Below, piece after piece: positions 30,846-45,036 of a stretch of DNA of 64,000 nucleotides. The stretch comes from Eimeria praecox. Lineage: Eukaryota. The DNA is taken from positions 2,666,001 through 2,730,000 of the forward strand of contig OY986947.1 in assembly GCA_963920595.1 (NCBI GenBank). Reading direction: 5' to 3'. Position 1 is the stretch's first letter; each line of letters starts with the position of its first letter. The notes under the pieces were generated by a model that worked only from the letters and a program-made list of their open reading frames with translations, was not told where the DNA came from and did no database searches. A program made the translations under genes and the position numbers.

Positions 30846-32780
30846 GTTGTTAAGTAGATATTCTTCCTTTGACTTTATGCCCGGTAGAGCACGTCTTCAT
30901 CCCTTCTCGTGTTTCTCTGTTCTCACCGATTTACTGCTTTTCGTAAGCTTAGTTCCTATCTATGCAACAAATGAAGTTAAGACAACGGCATCTGACGAAA
31001 AACATCGGCCGCCGGAGACAAATCAGCGGCAGACCTATGTGGGCGAACAAAGAAACAGTGTGTCTGCACTACGTACAAAGAAGCATAAATATATAGGGGC
31101 AAACGTCTGAAGGCCGAATAATCTTAAATCCAAACTTCCAACACCCTAACGTGTGCTATGCTAGGAGGATGAGCAAATATTAGGGCTCGCAACAACACTA
31201 AGGTTTCATTTCTCTTGCTTTTATCGCTCGCATGAGCAGTTCTTTGTAGCTGTGTATGGCCTTCCTACACGTTGCAGGAGTAGATGATATACGAAAGTCC
31301 TTGAGAAATGCAGCTTAAGCACAAAGGCTGCTGCCGCTTAAGAAAGCAACGTCAATTCCTAACACCCCATCGTTTATAGTGGGAAAAATAGGGAGTTGAA
31401 ATTTTATTCAACAGCCGGTACTACTCTGATCATTGACAGAAGATAAATCTAGTGCAAACCCGGCGGGAAGAAGGCCAGCCATCACCCATTCAAGTGCTAC
31501 CGGCATGGGTGCAAAAAGACCTGAAAAGCTGATCCAACACTGTGAAGGAGTCGCAGCCAATTTACGGCCATACACGATGCTTCATCAGTGAGTACTGCAG
31601 AGGGAACGTCAACTAACACCGTCTGTGGCAACGTACTTACTGCATGAATGCCATTGCAACCAAATGGAACGAACATATCCCGGCACAAGCCGCCTCAATT
31701 ATGTTTCCCCTGATACAACTGAACACAGCTCTACTTGAAGCGACGTATAAGCGCCTTGCGATCCATACACATTTTGTACGAGTTTCTCTGCGCTTATGAT
31801 ATCCTGTAAAGGCACACACCTCGGGGCAAATACGGCAAAGGCATATATGCCGTGCAGTTCAGTACCATCATGGGAAGTGACGGACTAGATTGTTTCGAGC
31901 CGTCACATCATTGACTTGCAGCTGTAACTAGGTCAGGATTGTGTTGCTAACAGCGGCATATGTAGGTGTAAACGTATCACCCTCTAAAGCCACATTTCTA
32001 AAGCTGAGAACAGAAGTTAAGCTGCACTGTACTGTAGCTGCTACTTTTCACAGTACTGGTAAATACGGATTTGATACCACAAGCAGAAAGAGTAATGCTT
32101 GCACACGTTCAGCTCTCTGCGTTGCTACAATGCTGGTGTTACACCAGTGCACCCTCTTACGCATGCGCTCCGAAACTTCGCATGCGGCGTGCTCGCCGCT
32201 GACAACACATCGAGCCTCAACAATATTGTAGACTTTTCATAGAGGGGAGTCTTTCAGAACAGAGAAAAACCAGGCACGCCCACTGCTTGCTTTAATCCTT
32301 GAGGAATCATCTAAATGAGATGCTTAATTTTCAGCCTAGGGTACGAAGTTTGTCGAGCTTGAAAAGGTATACCACATTGCAGCTTCTTCTGTCAGCGTTT
32401 TTGCTGCTCGTGCGAAACACCAGTCAATTTCATTAGCAAAAGGAGTTGCATACTTGAATCAACCTGCACATTAAAAAAAATGGGTAATGCGTAGTAGCAC
32501 TGCACTCATATCCAGTTGAAGGACGCTGATCTGCTAGGTGGAACTGCTCTGCTACTCTTTAAAAGGTCTTCCTTTTGTTTTGTGCACAAAGTACTCTCGT
32601 CGAGCAGATTCGGTTCACCACCTCGACAGGCGCATCGAATGCTTGGCGCATGAAGCAAAAGCTGGAGCAAGGTAAAAGCTTGCTGATGAAGCCGAGAACC
32701 TGGTTGTGATTCATTGAACCTTGCACTTGTAGCAAGCAGTGCTAACAAAAGCACCACTTGTGTAGAGAACTCATAATCCG

Positions 32781-32781
<1 letters not shown>

Positions 32782-32815
<34 letters not shown>
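32782..32815. repeat. (CT)n microsatellite
   Basis: Read directly from the sequence. Confidence 0.9.
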
Positions 32816-32816
<1 letters not shown>

Positions 32817-33347
32817 ATGATTAGTGCCGCCTGCCGTTAGGCGGAAGCGGCTTGCATTTGTGATATCAACGGTCATACCCCAACTACCAGGCACTACGGA
32901 CAGGCAGGAACATGTAAAAAGCAAGTATGGTATATCCACTTTGCAGATGCCTGCACTAACATCATAGCTGCAAAAAACTCGGCTTTCACTACTCTGCTTC
33001 AGACCCACAGCCCCATAGCCGCATACAACCTACCAATGCTGTTTGAACGAAAAATGCGCAGGCACTGCACATCCTCATCCATGGCATGTTAGTCCGAACA
33101 CTCATGAGGAGTTTCCAACGTACACTCTGTACAGCCCAAACCTTGGAGAATGGACGAAGAGCTGCTTGACTAGTTTTATGGAATGCTAAACGCGAAACCC
33201 CAGCTCAAGCAACATTGTGGTTAATGTCAAGGTTGACCGTGCCCGCCATTTCACGCGCTTTCACACCCACCCAGCTACCCGTGAGCTGAACAAATTAAAC
33301 CGTCCAACCAACTGAAACAGCATAGCCTTTCGCTAATTAATCTAGAA

Positions 33348-35539
33348 ACCGCTGTGCACGAGACCTTCGAATTCGTGCATATGTTAAACACCACAACAAA
33401 GTAGTGGACGGAAGAAGCATGCACGCCAAATACTCTAATACTGAGAGTGAACGAGGAAAGGAAATTGCAATGAAGAGTCGAGGAATCCCCCAAAGCCACA
33501 GATGCAGTGCTTGCGGCGTAGCTGGACGTCCAGCACCAGCCACACCCTTGCAAAGCGCCATCAATCAAGCAGGCAGCTCCGAATGAGCTCCCAGACTTCA
33601 CGTTCTGAGCACTGGCCATCTAGTTTAGCAGGGCATATCCGGCGTACCTGCTGTGCAACCCCACGCATCATGGAGCACACCAAATGCTGCTACACGGGAA
33701 GGGAAGAGAAGCAAAAGCTAATCACCGAATGCGAGAGACGGTTAAAGCGGCAGCGTGGAGCACATGGGTGCATAGCAGGAAACGTGGTTAGGAGTCACAG
33801 CCACAGGAGCTGTAAGTCCTTAGCCACAAGATGTGGAAATCCTGCGCCTCCCTATATGCGGCAAACCAGGAAGCAACACAGCTTCCTTGGGGCGGGAAGT
33901 AAGCAAGAGCCGAGCATCGTTTAACGGAGCGGCAAGCCAGCTGCAAGCCAGAGTCACCCAACGTCCCACAATGCTTGTCTGACGCACTGCCTGCTCAATC
34001 CAAAACCTCGCGAAGTGCCCGCAAAACCGCTCTATGCACTTCACAAAGGCGACATCGTCGAGGAGCAGATGCCCTGTTTAAAGAAAGAAAGTTGGTGCAA
34101 AGGTCGAAGCACTGTGTCAGGGGCACTATAAGCAAAATCATTCAATTCATGCACGCCCTAGAGTATGTTACATAGTGGTGGGCAGAAGAAGCACTCACCC
34201 AGCGTTCTGAATTACAGAGACTGGAACGGAAGAAACTACAAAACAAATCATGGGCATAAAGGAGGAGAGGTGCTTCCAAGCAACTTAAGTGTTGTCCCTG
34301 ATTCCAAGCTGGATACCCAGCAGGAGCCATGAACTCCTGCGCAGCATGATCAAACTGAGTCTAAACTAAAAGGCCGAGCGCGGACTGCCCATTCTGGCGT
34401 TTAGATACTTGAGTACGTTTTAGCCATCGTACTTCCTGCATAGCTCAATAATGCTAAGTATTTGAAGCAACTACGCCGCCAGATACTAAGAAAGTAGTGA
34501 CATTTTACGCTTCTACTTTTAATGTGACACCGGTAGGTAGAATACGTTGACTGCAGTGTAACAATTACTGCTGCGCGGATTCGAAAAAGAACTAACTGCA
34601 AAGAATCAGATCGTTGGTTACTGCTTGGTGTCGGGGCCAGTGCCAAATACGCAATTTCACTAATGCGTAAAGCAAATTCCTGCGGGCCAGGTAATTTTAC
34701 CAAGCTTTGCTTCAAACAGCCTAGGTTTCTGACATGTCTCTCAGAGAGTAGGCATACAGGAAAAGCCTCACGCTATGACATCGGTGGACGTTAAACATCC
34801 ACTCGCCTGCAGAACGGGCCACCACTGCAGTGCGTGTAGCTATGCCAGGTTGCCATCAAGCTCTGAACTTGAAATGCGTGCTCTTCACCTCCGGGAGTGC
34901 CACTAAGCGAAAATGGCGCACTGCCTGTTTACTCTCAGATGTGCTGGTATGTCCAGCCCAATGCTGAATACAATCAAAACAAAAAACGCAAACCCCGCAG
35001 AGCGAGGTAGGGTTCATCAGTGTAGCTTAGCTGCATCGTAAAAGCATGCATTTGGTGGGAGAATCCGTACATTTGTTAGCATCCGAATAAAGCACAAGGG
35101 GAACTAGCAAGACGGCCGCGGGCATGATGGGAAGAATTGGCTACTTCGGGTTGGATTCTCTGCGAATTCCTCGCGAAACGTTTGTTGGAGCCATTCTAGA
35201 GGTCTGCACACTGAACATGTATCTTATCGGTGTCGATCCAGCGCACAATCATCAAAGTGTCATGGGCAGCCGGTTAAACTGCAGAAACGCCAAGGGTCTT
35301 GGTTATGAATACTGCGTGAGATGTATCCAACGCACGTTCTGCGCATGGCGAAATATGTAGGAATGAACCAATCGTCCATGCGCATGCTTGCAATGGAACC
35401 AGTGGAAGAAATTTCCATATATGCCACGGCAAAGCAAGTCAAAGCTGACGGTATGGCACGTTCGCCACAAAACATTGTGCGCACAGCACAGCACTAAAAG
35501 CCAAGAAACATTTTCAGGGAGATGTTAACACACAGACTA

Positions 35540-35585
<46 letters not shown>

Positions 35586-38260
35586 CAAAGAACAATTTTA
35601 CGGATATAACTAGGGCATTGCTAGTAAGGAATGCATCACGTCTGAACTTATTAGTTATCCATAAGGGGCCAACGCGATGCACAAATAAGTTAATTCTGGC
35701 CTCTTGTTTGTTAGAACGTACTTGACCATTCCCTAGGTGAGTCTAACTCACTGGCTAAGCAATCCTCAGCTTGGAGCAGTCTCCAAACCAATCTTGCACA
35801 GACTAAGTACTACTTAAAAGTAAATGCTCGCTTCCAGCCAACAAACTAGTCACTTGTTGGTAGCTCCCCCAAATGTGCACGAAGGATTGATTATGCCGGT
35901 ATCGATAGAGGAAAAGCTGTCGTTTTTAAATGGATGGAGGAAATGCCCAAACCGCCGTCAGCTCCGAAAGGTGGTCGCGACAGCAAAGCACATTCTTCCA
36001 TGGCAGAACAGGCTGATAACACAGAGAACCAACGACCTAGAAGCTCTTGCTAGCCACAAAAACTGAACGTGTGGCAGCTTCCTACAAGGTGCACAAATGC
36101 GTATCGTTGACAAAATGCAACAGACCTGCATTTTATAACCTGCACGTCAGATACTCTAATACTGAGAGTGAACGGGGAAAGGAAATTGCAATGAAGAGTC
36201 GAGGAATCCCCCAAAGCCACAGATGCAGTGCTTGCGGCGTAGCTGGACGTCCAGCACCAGCCACACCCTAGCAAAGCGCCATCAATCAAGCAGGCAGCTC
36301 CGAATGAGCTCCCAGATTTCACGATCTGAGCACTGGCCATCTAGTTTAGCAGGGCATGTCCGGCGTACCTGCTGTGCAACCCCACGCATCATGGAGCACA
36401 CCAAATGCTGCTACACGGGAAGGGAAGAGAAGCAAAAGCTAATCACCGAATGCGAGAGACGGTTAAGGCAGCAGCGTGGATCACATGGGTGCATGGCAGG
36501 AAACGTGGTTAGGAGTCACAGCCACAGGAGCTATAAGTCCTGAGCCACAAGATGTGGAAATCCTGCGCCTCCCTATATGCGGCAAACCAGGAAGCAACAC
36601 AGCTTCCTTGGGGCGGGAAGTAAGCAAGAGCCGAGCATCGTTTAACGGAGCGGCAAGCCAGCTGCAAGCCAGAGTCACCCAACGTCCCACAATGCTTGTC
36701 TGACGCACTGCCTGCTCAATCCAAAACCTCGCGAAGTGCCCGCAACACCGCTCTATGCACTTCACAAAGGCGACATCGTCGAGGAGCAGATGCCCTGTTT
36801 AAAGTAAGAAAGTTGGTGCAAAGGTCGAAGCACTGTGTCAGGGGCACTATAAGCAAAATCATTCAATTCATGCACGCCCTAGAGTATGTTACATAGTGGT
36901 GGGCAGAAGAAGCACTCACCCAGCGTTCTGAATTACAGAGACTGGAACGGAAGAAACTACAAAACAAATCATGGGCATAAAGGAGGAGAGGTGCTTCCAA
37001 GCAACTTAAGTGTTGTCCCTGATTCCAAGCTGGATACCCAGCAGGAGCCATGAACTCCTGCGCAGCATGATCAAACTGAGTCTAAACTAAAAGGCCGAGC
37101 GCGGACTGCCCATTCTGGCGTTTAGATACTTGAGTACGTTTTAGCCATCGTACTTCCTGCATATCCCAATAATGCTAAGTATTTGAAGCAACTACGCCGC
37201 CAGATACTAAGAAAGTAGTGGCATTTTACGCTTTTACTTTTAATGTGACACCGGTAGGTAGAATACGTTGACTGCAGTGTAACAATTACTGCTGCGCGGA
37301 TTCGAAAAAGAACTAACTGCAAAGGATCAGATCGTTGGTTACTGCTTGGTGTCGGGGCGAGTGCCAAATACGCAATTTCACTAATGCGTAAAGCAAATTC
37401 CTGCGGGCCAGGTAATTTTACCAAGCTTTGCTTCAAACAGCCTAGGTTTCTGACATGTCTCTCAGAGAGTAGATATACAGGAAAAGCCTCACGCTATGAC
37501 ATCGGTGGGCGTTAAACATCCACTCGCCTGCAGATCGGCCCACCACTGCAGTGCATGTAGCTATGCCAGGTTGCTATCAAGCTCTGAACTTGAAATGCGT
37601 GCTCTTCACCTCCGGGAGTGCCACTAAGCGAAAATGGCGCACTGCCTGTTTACTCTCAGATGTGCTGGCATGTCCAGCCCAATGCTGAATACAATCAAAA
37701 CAAAAAACGCAAACCCCGCAGAGCGAGGGAGGGTTCATCAGTGTAGCTCAGCTGCATCGTAAAAGCATGCATTTGGTGGGAGAATCCGTACATTTGTTAG
37801 CATCCGAATAAAGCACAAGGGGAACTAGCAAGACGGCCGCGGGCATGATGGGAAGAATTGGCTACTTCGGGTTGGATTCTCTGCGAATTCCTCGCGAAAC
37901 GTTTGTTGGAGCCATTCTAGAGGTCTGCACACTGAAGATTTATCTTATCGGTGTCGATCCAGCGCACAATCATCAAAGTGTCATGGGCAGCCGGTTAAAC
38001 TGCAGAAACGCCAAGGGTCTTGGTTATGAATACTTTGTGAGATGTATCCAACGCACGTTCTGCGCATGGCGAAATATGTAGGAATGAACCAATCGTCCAT
38101 GCACATGCTTGCAATGGAACCAGTGGAAGAAATTTCCATATATGCCACGGCAAAGCAAGTCAAAGCTGACGGTATGGCACGTTCGCCACAAAATATTGTG
38201 TGCACAGCACAGCACTAAAAGCCAATAAACATTTTCAGGGAGATGCTAACACACAGACTA

Positions 38261-38345
<85 letters not shown>

Positions 38346-41294
38346 ATATTCAAAGAACAATTTTACGGATACAACTAGGGCATTGCTAGTAAGGAATGCA
38401 TCACGTCTGAACTTATTAGTTATCTATAAGGGGCCAACGCGATGCACAAATAAGTTAATTCTGGCCTCTTGTTTGTTAGAACGTACTTGACCATTCCCTA
38501 GGTGAGTCTAACTCACTGGCTAAGCAATCCTCAGCTCCAAGCAGTCTCCAAACCAATCTTGCACAGACTAAGTACTACTTAAAAGTAAATGTTCGCTTCC
38601 AGCCAACAAACTAGTCACTTGTTGGTAGCTCCCCCAAATGTGCACGAAGGATTGATTATGCCGGTATCGATAGAGGAAAGGCTGTCGTTTTTAAATGGAT
38701 GGAGGAAATGCCCAAACCGCCGTCAGCTCCCAAAGGTGGTCGCGACAGCAAAGCACATTCTTCCATGGCAGAACAGGCTGATAACACAGAGAACCAACGA
38801 CCTAGAAGCTCTTGCTAGCCACAAAAACTGAACGTGCGGCAGGTTCCTACAAGGTGCACAAATGCGTATCGTTGACAAAATGCAACAGACCTGCATTTTA
38901 TAACCTGCACGTCAGATACTCTAATACTGAGAGTGAACGGGGAAAGGAAATTGCAATGAAGAGTCGAGGAATCCCCCAAAGCCACAGATGCAGTGCTTGC
39001 GGCGTAGCTGGACGTCCAGCACCAGCCACACCCTTGCAAAGCGCCATCAATCAAACAGGCAGCTCCGAATGAGCTCCCAGATTTCACGTTCTGAGCACTG
39101 GCCATCTAGTTTAGCAGGGCATGTCCGGCGTACCCCCTGTGCAACCCCACGCATCATGGAACACGCCAAATGCTGCTACGCGGGTAGGGAAGAGAAGCAA
39201 ATGCTACTGACCAGAGCTAGGGCCACCTGTGAAGTTTTGATGCCAACAAGAAGGTGCCATACATGCAAGCGATAATGCCCACTTCCCAGTAGCGAAGCAC
39301 AAAAGACACCAAGACGGGAACAACACCATGCAAACTAGGGTGGGAATGCACTTTTCAAGCACTGTTTTTCAAGGAATCGCGACGCCTTCGCTAGTCACAA
39401 TTGACGGACCTATACGAAAGCTAAGCACTGAATAAGCGCCACGCCTATATATTAGGGTGAGCTTAGTTTAATCACTTGCCAACGCCCCAAAATGAGTAAA
39501 TGGTGATGCCGCTTCATGAAGCGAATGCAACTCACTAGCTGGGCATTTCATCTTCGATGTCGGTCTGTATATCTAACACTACGAACTGCTGCACTGGTAG
39601 CAGAGCCCCCCCAAACACCGGCAAAGGAAACGGCGGAATAAGTGCAGCGCCGTGAGGCTGCTTTCAAGCGAACGATTGGGTGAATGCAACGCACCAACTA
39701 AGCAATCATCAGCCTGGAGAAGTGGCCAAGCCAATCAGGGCAGATTAACGACAATGGAAAACGCTTTCAATCAGCAGAGTAGCCAGCCGTTGAGCGCATA
39801 GAGGTGAGGTGACAAAGGCGTTCCTGGGAGCCACTGAAGACAGGACTAGCTATTTCGTACGCATGACAGCGAATGCGAGAGACGGTTAAGGCGGCAGCGT
39901 GGAGCACATGGCTGCATGGCAGGAAACGTGGTTAGGAGTCACAACCACAGGAGCTATAAGTCCTTAGCCACAAGATGTGGAAATCCTGCGCCCCCCTATA
40001 TGCGGCAAACCAGGAAGCAACACAGCTTCCTTGGAGCGGGACGTAAGCGAGAGCTGAGCATCGTTTAACGGAGCGGCAAGCCAGCTGCAAGCCAGAGTCA
40101 CCCAAGTTCCCACAATGCTTGTCTGACGCACTGCCTGCTCAATCCAAAACCTCGCGAAGTGCCCCCAATACCGCTCTATGCACTTCACAAAGGCGGCGTC
40201 TTCGAGGAGCAGATGCCCTGTTTAAAGTACGAAAGTTGGTGCAAAGGTCGAAGCACTTTGTCACGGGCACTATAAGCAAAATCATTCAATTCATGCACGC
40301 CCTTGAGTATGTTACATAGTGGTGGGCAGAAGAAGCACTCACCCAGCGCTCTGAATTACAGAGATTGGAACGGGAAACTACAAAACAAATCATGGGCATA
40401 AAGGAGGAGAGGTGCTTCCAAGAAACGTAAGTGCATATATATTCTCTGATAGTCTCTGATTCAAAGCTGGATACCCAGCAGGAGCCATGAACTCCTGCGT
40501 AGCGTGGTCAAACTGAGTTTAAACTAAAAGGCCGTGCGCGGGTGGCCTATTCTGAGGATTCGCTACTTGAGCACGCCCTAGCCACCGCACATCCTGCATA
40601 TCCCCAAAGTGATAGTTCCTAGCAGGGTTCCTTTACTACGTTAGCTTAGTGGGTGTGCCACTGACCGAAAATTGGGCGCTGCCGGTCTACTTGCAAATGT
40701 GCTGGTATGTCCAGCCCAATGCTGAATACAATCAAAAAAAACGCAAACCCCGCAGAGCGACGTAGGGTTCATCAGTGTAGCTCAGCTGCACAGTAAAAGC
40801 ATGCATTTGGTGGGAGAATCCGTACATTTGTTAACATGCGAATAAAGCACAAGGGAAACTAGGAAAACGGTAGCAGGCATGTTGGGAAGCATTGGCTACT
40901 TCGCGTTGGATGCTCTGCGAATGCCTCGCAAACCGTGTGTTGGAGCCATTCTAGAGGTCTGCACAGTGAAGATTTATCTTATCGGTGTCGCTTCAGCGCA
41001 CAATCATCAAAGTGCCATGGGCAGCCAGTTAAACTGCAGAAACGCCAACGGCCCAGGTTAGGAATACTGCGAGAGATGTACCCAACGCGCGTTCTGCGCA
41101 TGGCGAAGTATGTAGGAATGAACCAATCGTCCATGCACATGCTTGCAATGGAACCAGTGCGGGAAATTGCCATATATCCCACGGCAAAGCAAGCCAAAGC
41201 TGACGGTGTTGCACGTTCGCCACAGAACATTGTGCGCACAGCACAGCACTAAAAGCCAATAAGCATTTTCAGGGTGATGCTAACCCATAGAATA

Positions 41295-41368
<74 letters not shown>

Positions 41369-44300
41369 TTCAAAGAACAATTTTGCGGGTATAACTAGGG
41401 CATCGCTAGTAAGGAATGCATCACACCTGAACCTATTAACTATCTATAAGGGGCCAACACGATGCACAAATAAGTTAATTCTGGCCTCTTTTGGGTTAGA
41501 AAATACTTGACGATTCCCTAGGTGAGTGTAACTCACTAGCTAAGCAATCCTCAGCTCCAAGCAGTCTCCAAACCAATCTTGCACAGACTAAGTACCACTT
41601 AAAAGTAAATGCTCCCTTCCAGCCAACAAGCTAGTCACTTGTTGGTAGCTCCCCCAAATGTGCACGAAGGATTGATTATGCGAGTATCGGTGGAGGAAAA
41701 GCTGGCGTTTTTAAATGGATGGAGGAAACGCCAAAACGGCCGTCAGCTCCGAAAGGTGGTCGCGACAGCAAAGCACATTCTTTCATAGCAGAACAGGCTG
41801 ATAACACAGAGAACCAAGGACCTAGAAGCTCTCCCTAGCCACAAAAAGTGAACATGCGGCAGCTTCCTACAAGGTGCGCGCCAAAACATGGTCACCGACA
41901 CATGCGTATCGTTGACAAAATGCAGCAGGCCTGCATTTTATAGCCATCTGAGGTATTCAACGCACATCCTTTTTTTCCAGAGTCCCTGAAAACCGCCTGC
42001 AGCAGAACTACAAACTTATGATAGCTGTACTGTTGGGAACCGCCTGCGTAGAATAAAGCGGGAAGAAGCAAGCAACAGGTTGAAGCGTATCATCAGTACC
42101 GCTACGCACGAGGCCTTCGAATTCGTGAATACGTTAAACAGCAAAACAAAGTAGTAGACGGAAGAAGCATGCACGCCAGATACTCTAATACTGAGAGTGA
42201 ATTGGGAAAGGAAATTGCAATGAAGAGTCGAGGAATCCCCCAAAGCCACAGATGCAGTGCTTGCGGCGTAGCTGGACGTCCAGCACCAGCCACACTCTTG
42301 CAAAGCGCCATCAATCAAGCAGGCAGCTCCGAATGAGCTCCCAGATTTCACGTTCTGAGCACTGGCCATCTAGTTTAGCAGGGCATGTCCGGCGTACCTC
42401 CTGTGCAACCCCACGCATCATGGAACACGCCAAATGCTGTTACACGGGTAGGGAAGAGAAGCAAATGCTACTGACCAGAGCTAGGGCCACCTGTGAAGTT
42501 TTGATGCCAACAAGAAGGTGCCATACATGCAAGCGATAATGCCCACTTCCCAGTAGCGAAGCACAAAAGACACCAAGACGGGAACAACACCATGCAAACT
42601 AGGGTGGGAATGCACTTTTCAAGCACTGTTTTTCAAGGAATCGCGACGCCTTCGCTAGTCACAATTGACGGACCTATATGAAAGCTAAGCACTGAATAAG
42701 CGCCACGCCTATATATTAGGGTGAGCTTAGTTTAATCACTTGCCAACGCCGCAAAATGAGTAAATGGTGATGCCGCTTCATGAAGCGAATGCAACTCACT
42801 AGCTGGGCATTTCATCTTCGGTGTCGGTCTGTATATCTAACACTACGAACTGCTGCACTGGTAGCAGAGCCCCCCCAAACACCGGCAAAGGAAACGGCGG
42901 AATAAGTGCAGCGCCGTGAGGCTGCTTTCAAGCGAACGATTGGGTGAATGCAACGCACCAACTAAGCAATCATCAGCCTGGAGAAGTGGCCAAGCCAATC
43001 AGGGCAGATTAACGACAATGGAAAACGCTTTCAATCAGCAGAGTAGCCAGCCGTTGAGCGCATAGAGGTGAGGTGACAAAGGCGTTCCTGGGAGCCACTG
43101 AAGACAGGACTAGCTATTTCGTACGCATGACAGCGAATGCGAGAGACGGTTAAGGCGGCAGCGTGGAGCACATGGCTGCATGGCAGGAAACGTGGTTAGG
43201 AGTCACAACCACAGGAGCTATAAGTCCTTAGCCACAAGATGTGGAAATCCTGCGCCCCCCTATATGCGGCAAACCAGGAAGCAACACAGCTTCCTTGGAG
43301 CGGGACGTAAGCGAGAGCTGAGCATCGTTTAACGGAGCGGCAAGCCAGCTGCAAGCCAGAGTCACCCAAGTTCCCACAATGCTTGTCTGACGCACTGCCT
43401 GCTCAATCCAAAACCTCGCGAAGTGCCCCCAATATCGCTCTATCCGCTTCACAAAGGCAACATCGTCGAGACGCAGATGCCCTGCTTAAAGTAAGAAAGT
43501 TGGTGCAAAGGTCGAAGCACTGTGTGAGGGCCACTATAAGGAAAATCATTCAATTCATGCACGCCTTAGAGTATGCTACATAGTGGTGGGCAGAAGAAGC
43601 ACTCACCCAGCGTTCTGAATTACAGAGACTGGAACGGAAGAAACTACAAAACAAATCATGGGCAAAAAGGACGAGAGGTGCCTCCAAGCAACTTAAGTGT
43701 TGTCCCTGATTCAAAGCTGGATACCCAGCAGGAGCCATGAATTCCTGCGCAGCATGATCAAACTCAGTTTAAACTAAAAGGTCGCCAGTGGATTGGCCAT
43801 TCTGGCGTTTAGATACTTGAGTACATTTTAGCCATCGTACGTCCTGCATAGCCCAATAATGCTGAGTATTTCAAGCAACTACGCCGCCAGATACTAAGAA
43901 AGTTGTGACATTTTACGCTTCTACTTTTAATGTGACACCGGTAGGTAGAATACGTTTACTGCAGTGTAACAATTACTGCTGCGCGGATTAGAAAAAGAAC
44001 TAACTGCAAAGAATCAGATCGTTGGTTACTGCTTGGTGTCGGGGCCAGTGCCAAATAGGCAATTTCACTAATGCGTAAAGCAAATTCCTGCGGGCCAGGT
44101 AATTTTACCAAGCTTTGCTTCAAACAGCCTAGGTTTCTGACATGTCTCTCAGAGAGTAGATATACAGGAAAAGCCTCACGCTATGACATCGGTGGACGTT
44201 AAACATCCACTCGACTGCAGATCGGCCCACCACTGCATTACGTGTATCTATGCCAGGTTATCATCAAGCTCTGAACTTGCAATGCGTGCCCTTCACCTCC

Positions 44301-44944
44301 GGGAGTGCCACTAAGCGAAAATGCCGCACTGCCTGTTTACTCTCAGATGTGCTGGTATGTCCAGCCCAATGCTGAATACAATCAAAAAAAACGCAAACCC
44401 CGCAGAGCGAGGTAGGGTTCATCAGTGTAGCTCAGCTGCATCGTAAAAGCATGCATTTGGTGGGAGAATCCGTACATTTGTTAACATGCGAGTAAAGCAC
44501 AAGGGATACTACCAAGACGGTGGAAGGCATGATGGGAAGAATTGGCTACTTCGCGTTAGATTCTCTGCGAATTCCTCGCAAAACGTTTGTTGGAGCCATT
44601 CTAGAGGTCCGAACACTGAAGATTTATCTTATCGGTGTCGATCCAGCGCACAATCATCAAAGTGTCATGGGCAGCCGGTTAAACTGCAGAAACGCTAAGG
44701 GTCCTGGTTATGAATACTGCGTGAGATGTATCCAACGCACGTTCTGCGCATGGCGAAGTATGTAGGAATGAACCAATCGTCCATGCACATGCTTGCAATG
44801 GAACCAGTGCGGGAAATTGCCATATATCCCACGGCAAAGCAAGCCAAAGCTGACGGTGTGGCACGTTCGCCACAAAACATTGTGCGCACAGCACAGCACT
44901 AAAAGCCAATAAGCATTTTCAGGGAGATGCTAACCCATAGAATA

Positions 44945-45036
<92 letters not shown>

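Noticed and set aside
31355..31395. CATCGTTTATAGTGG resembling an antisense SSU rRNA fragment (organellar insertion)
   Set aside because: The match is too short, and the flanks do not continue the rRNA consensus.
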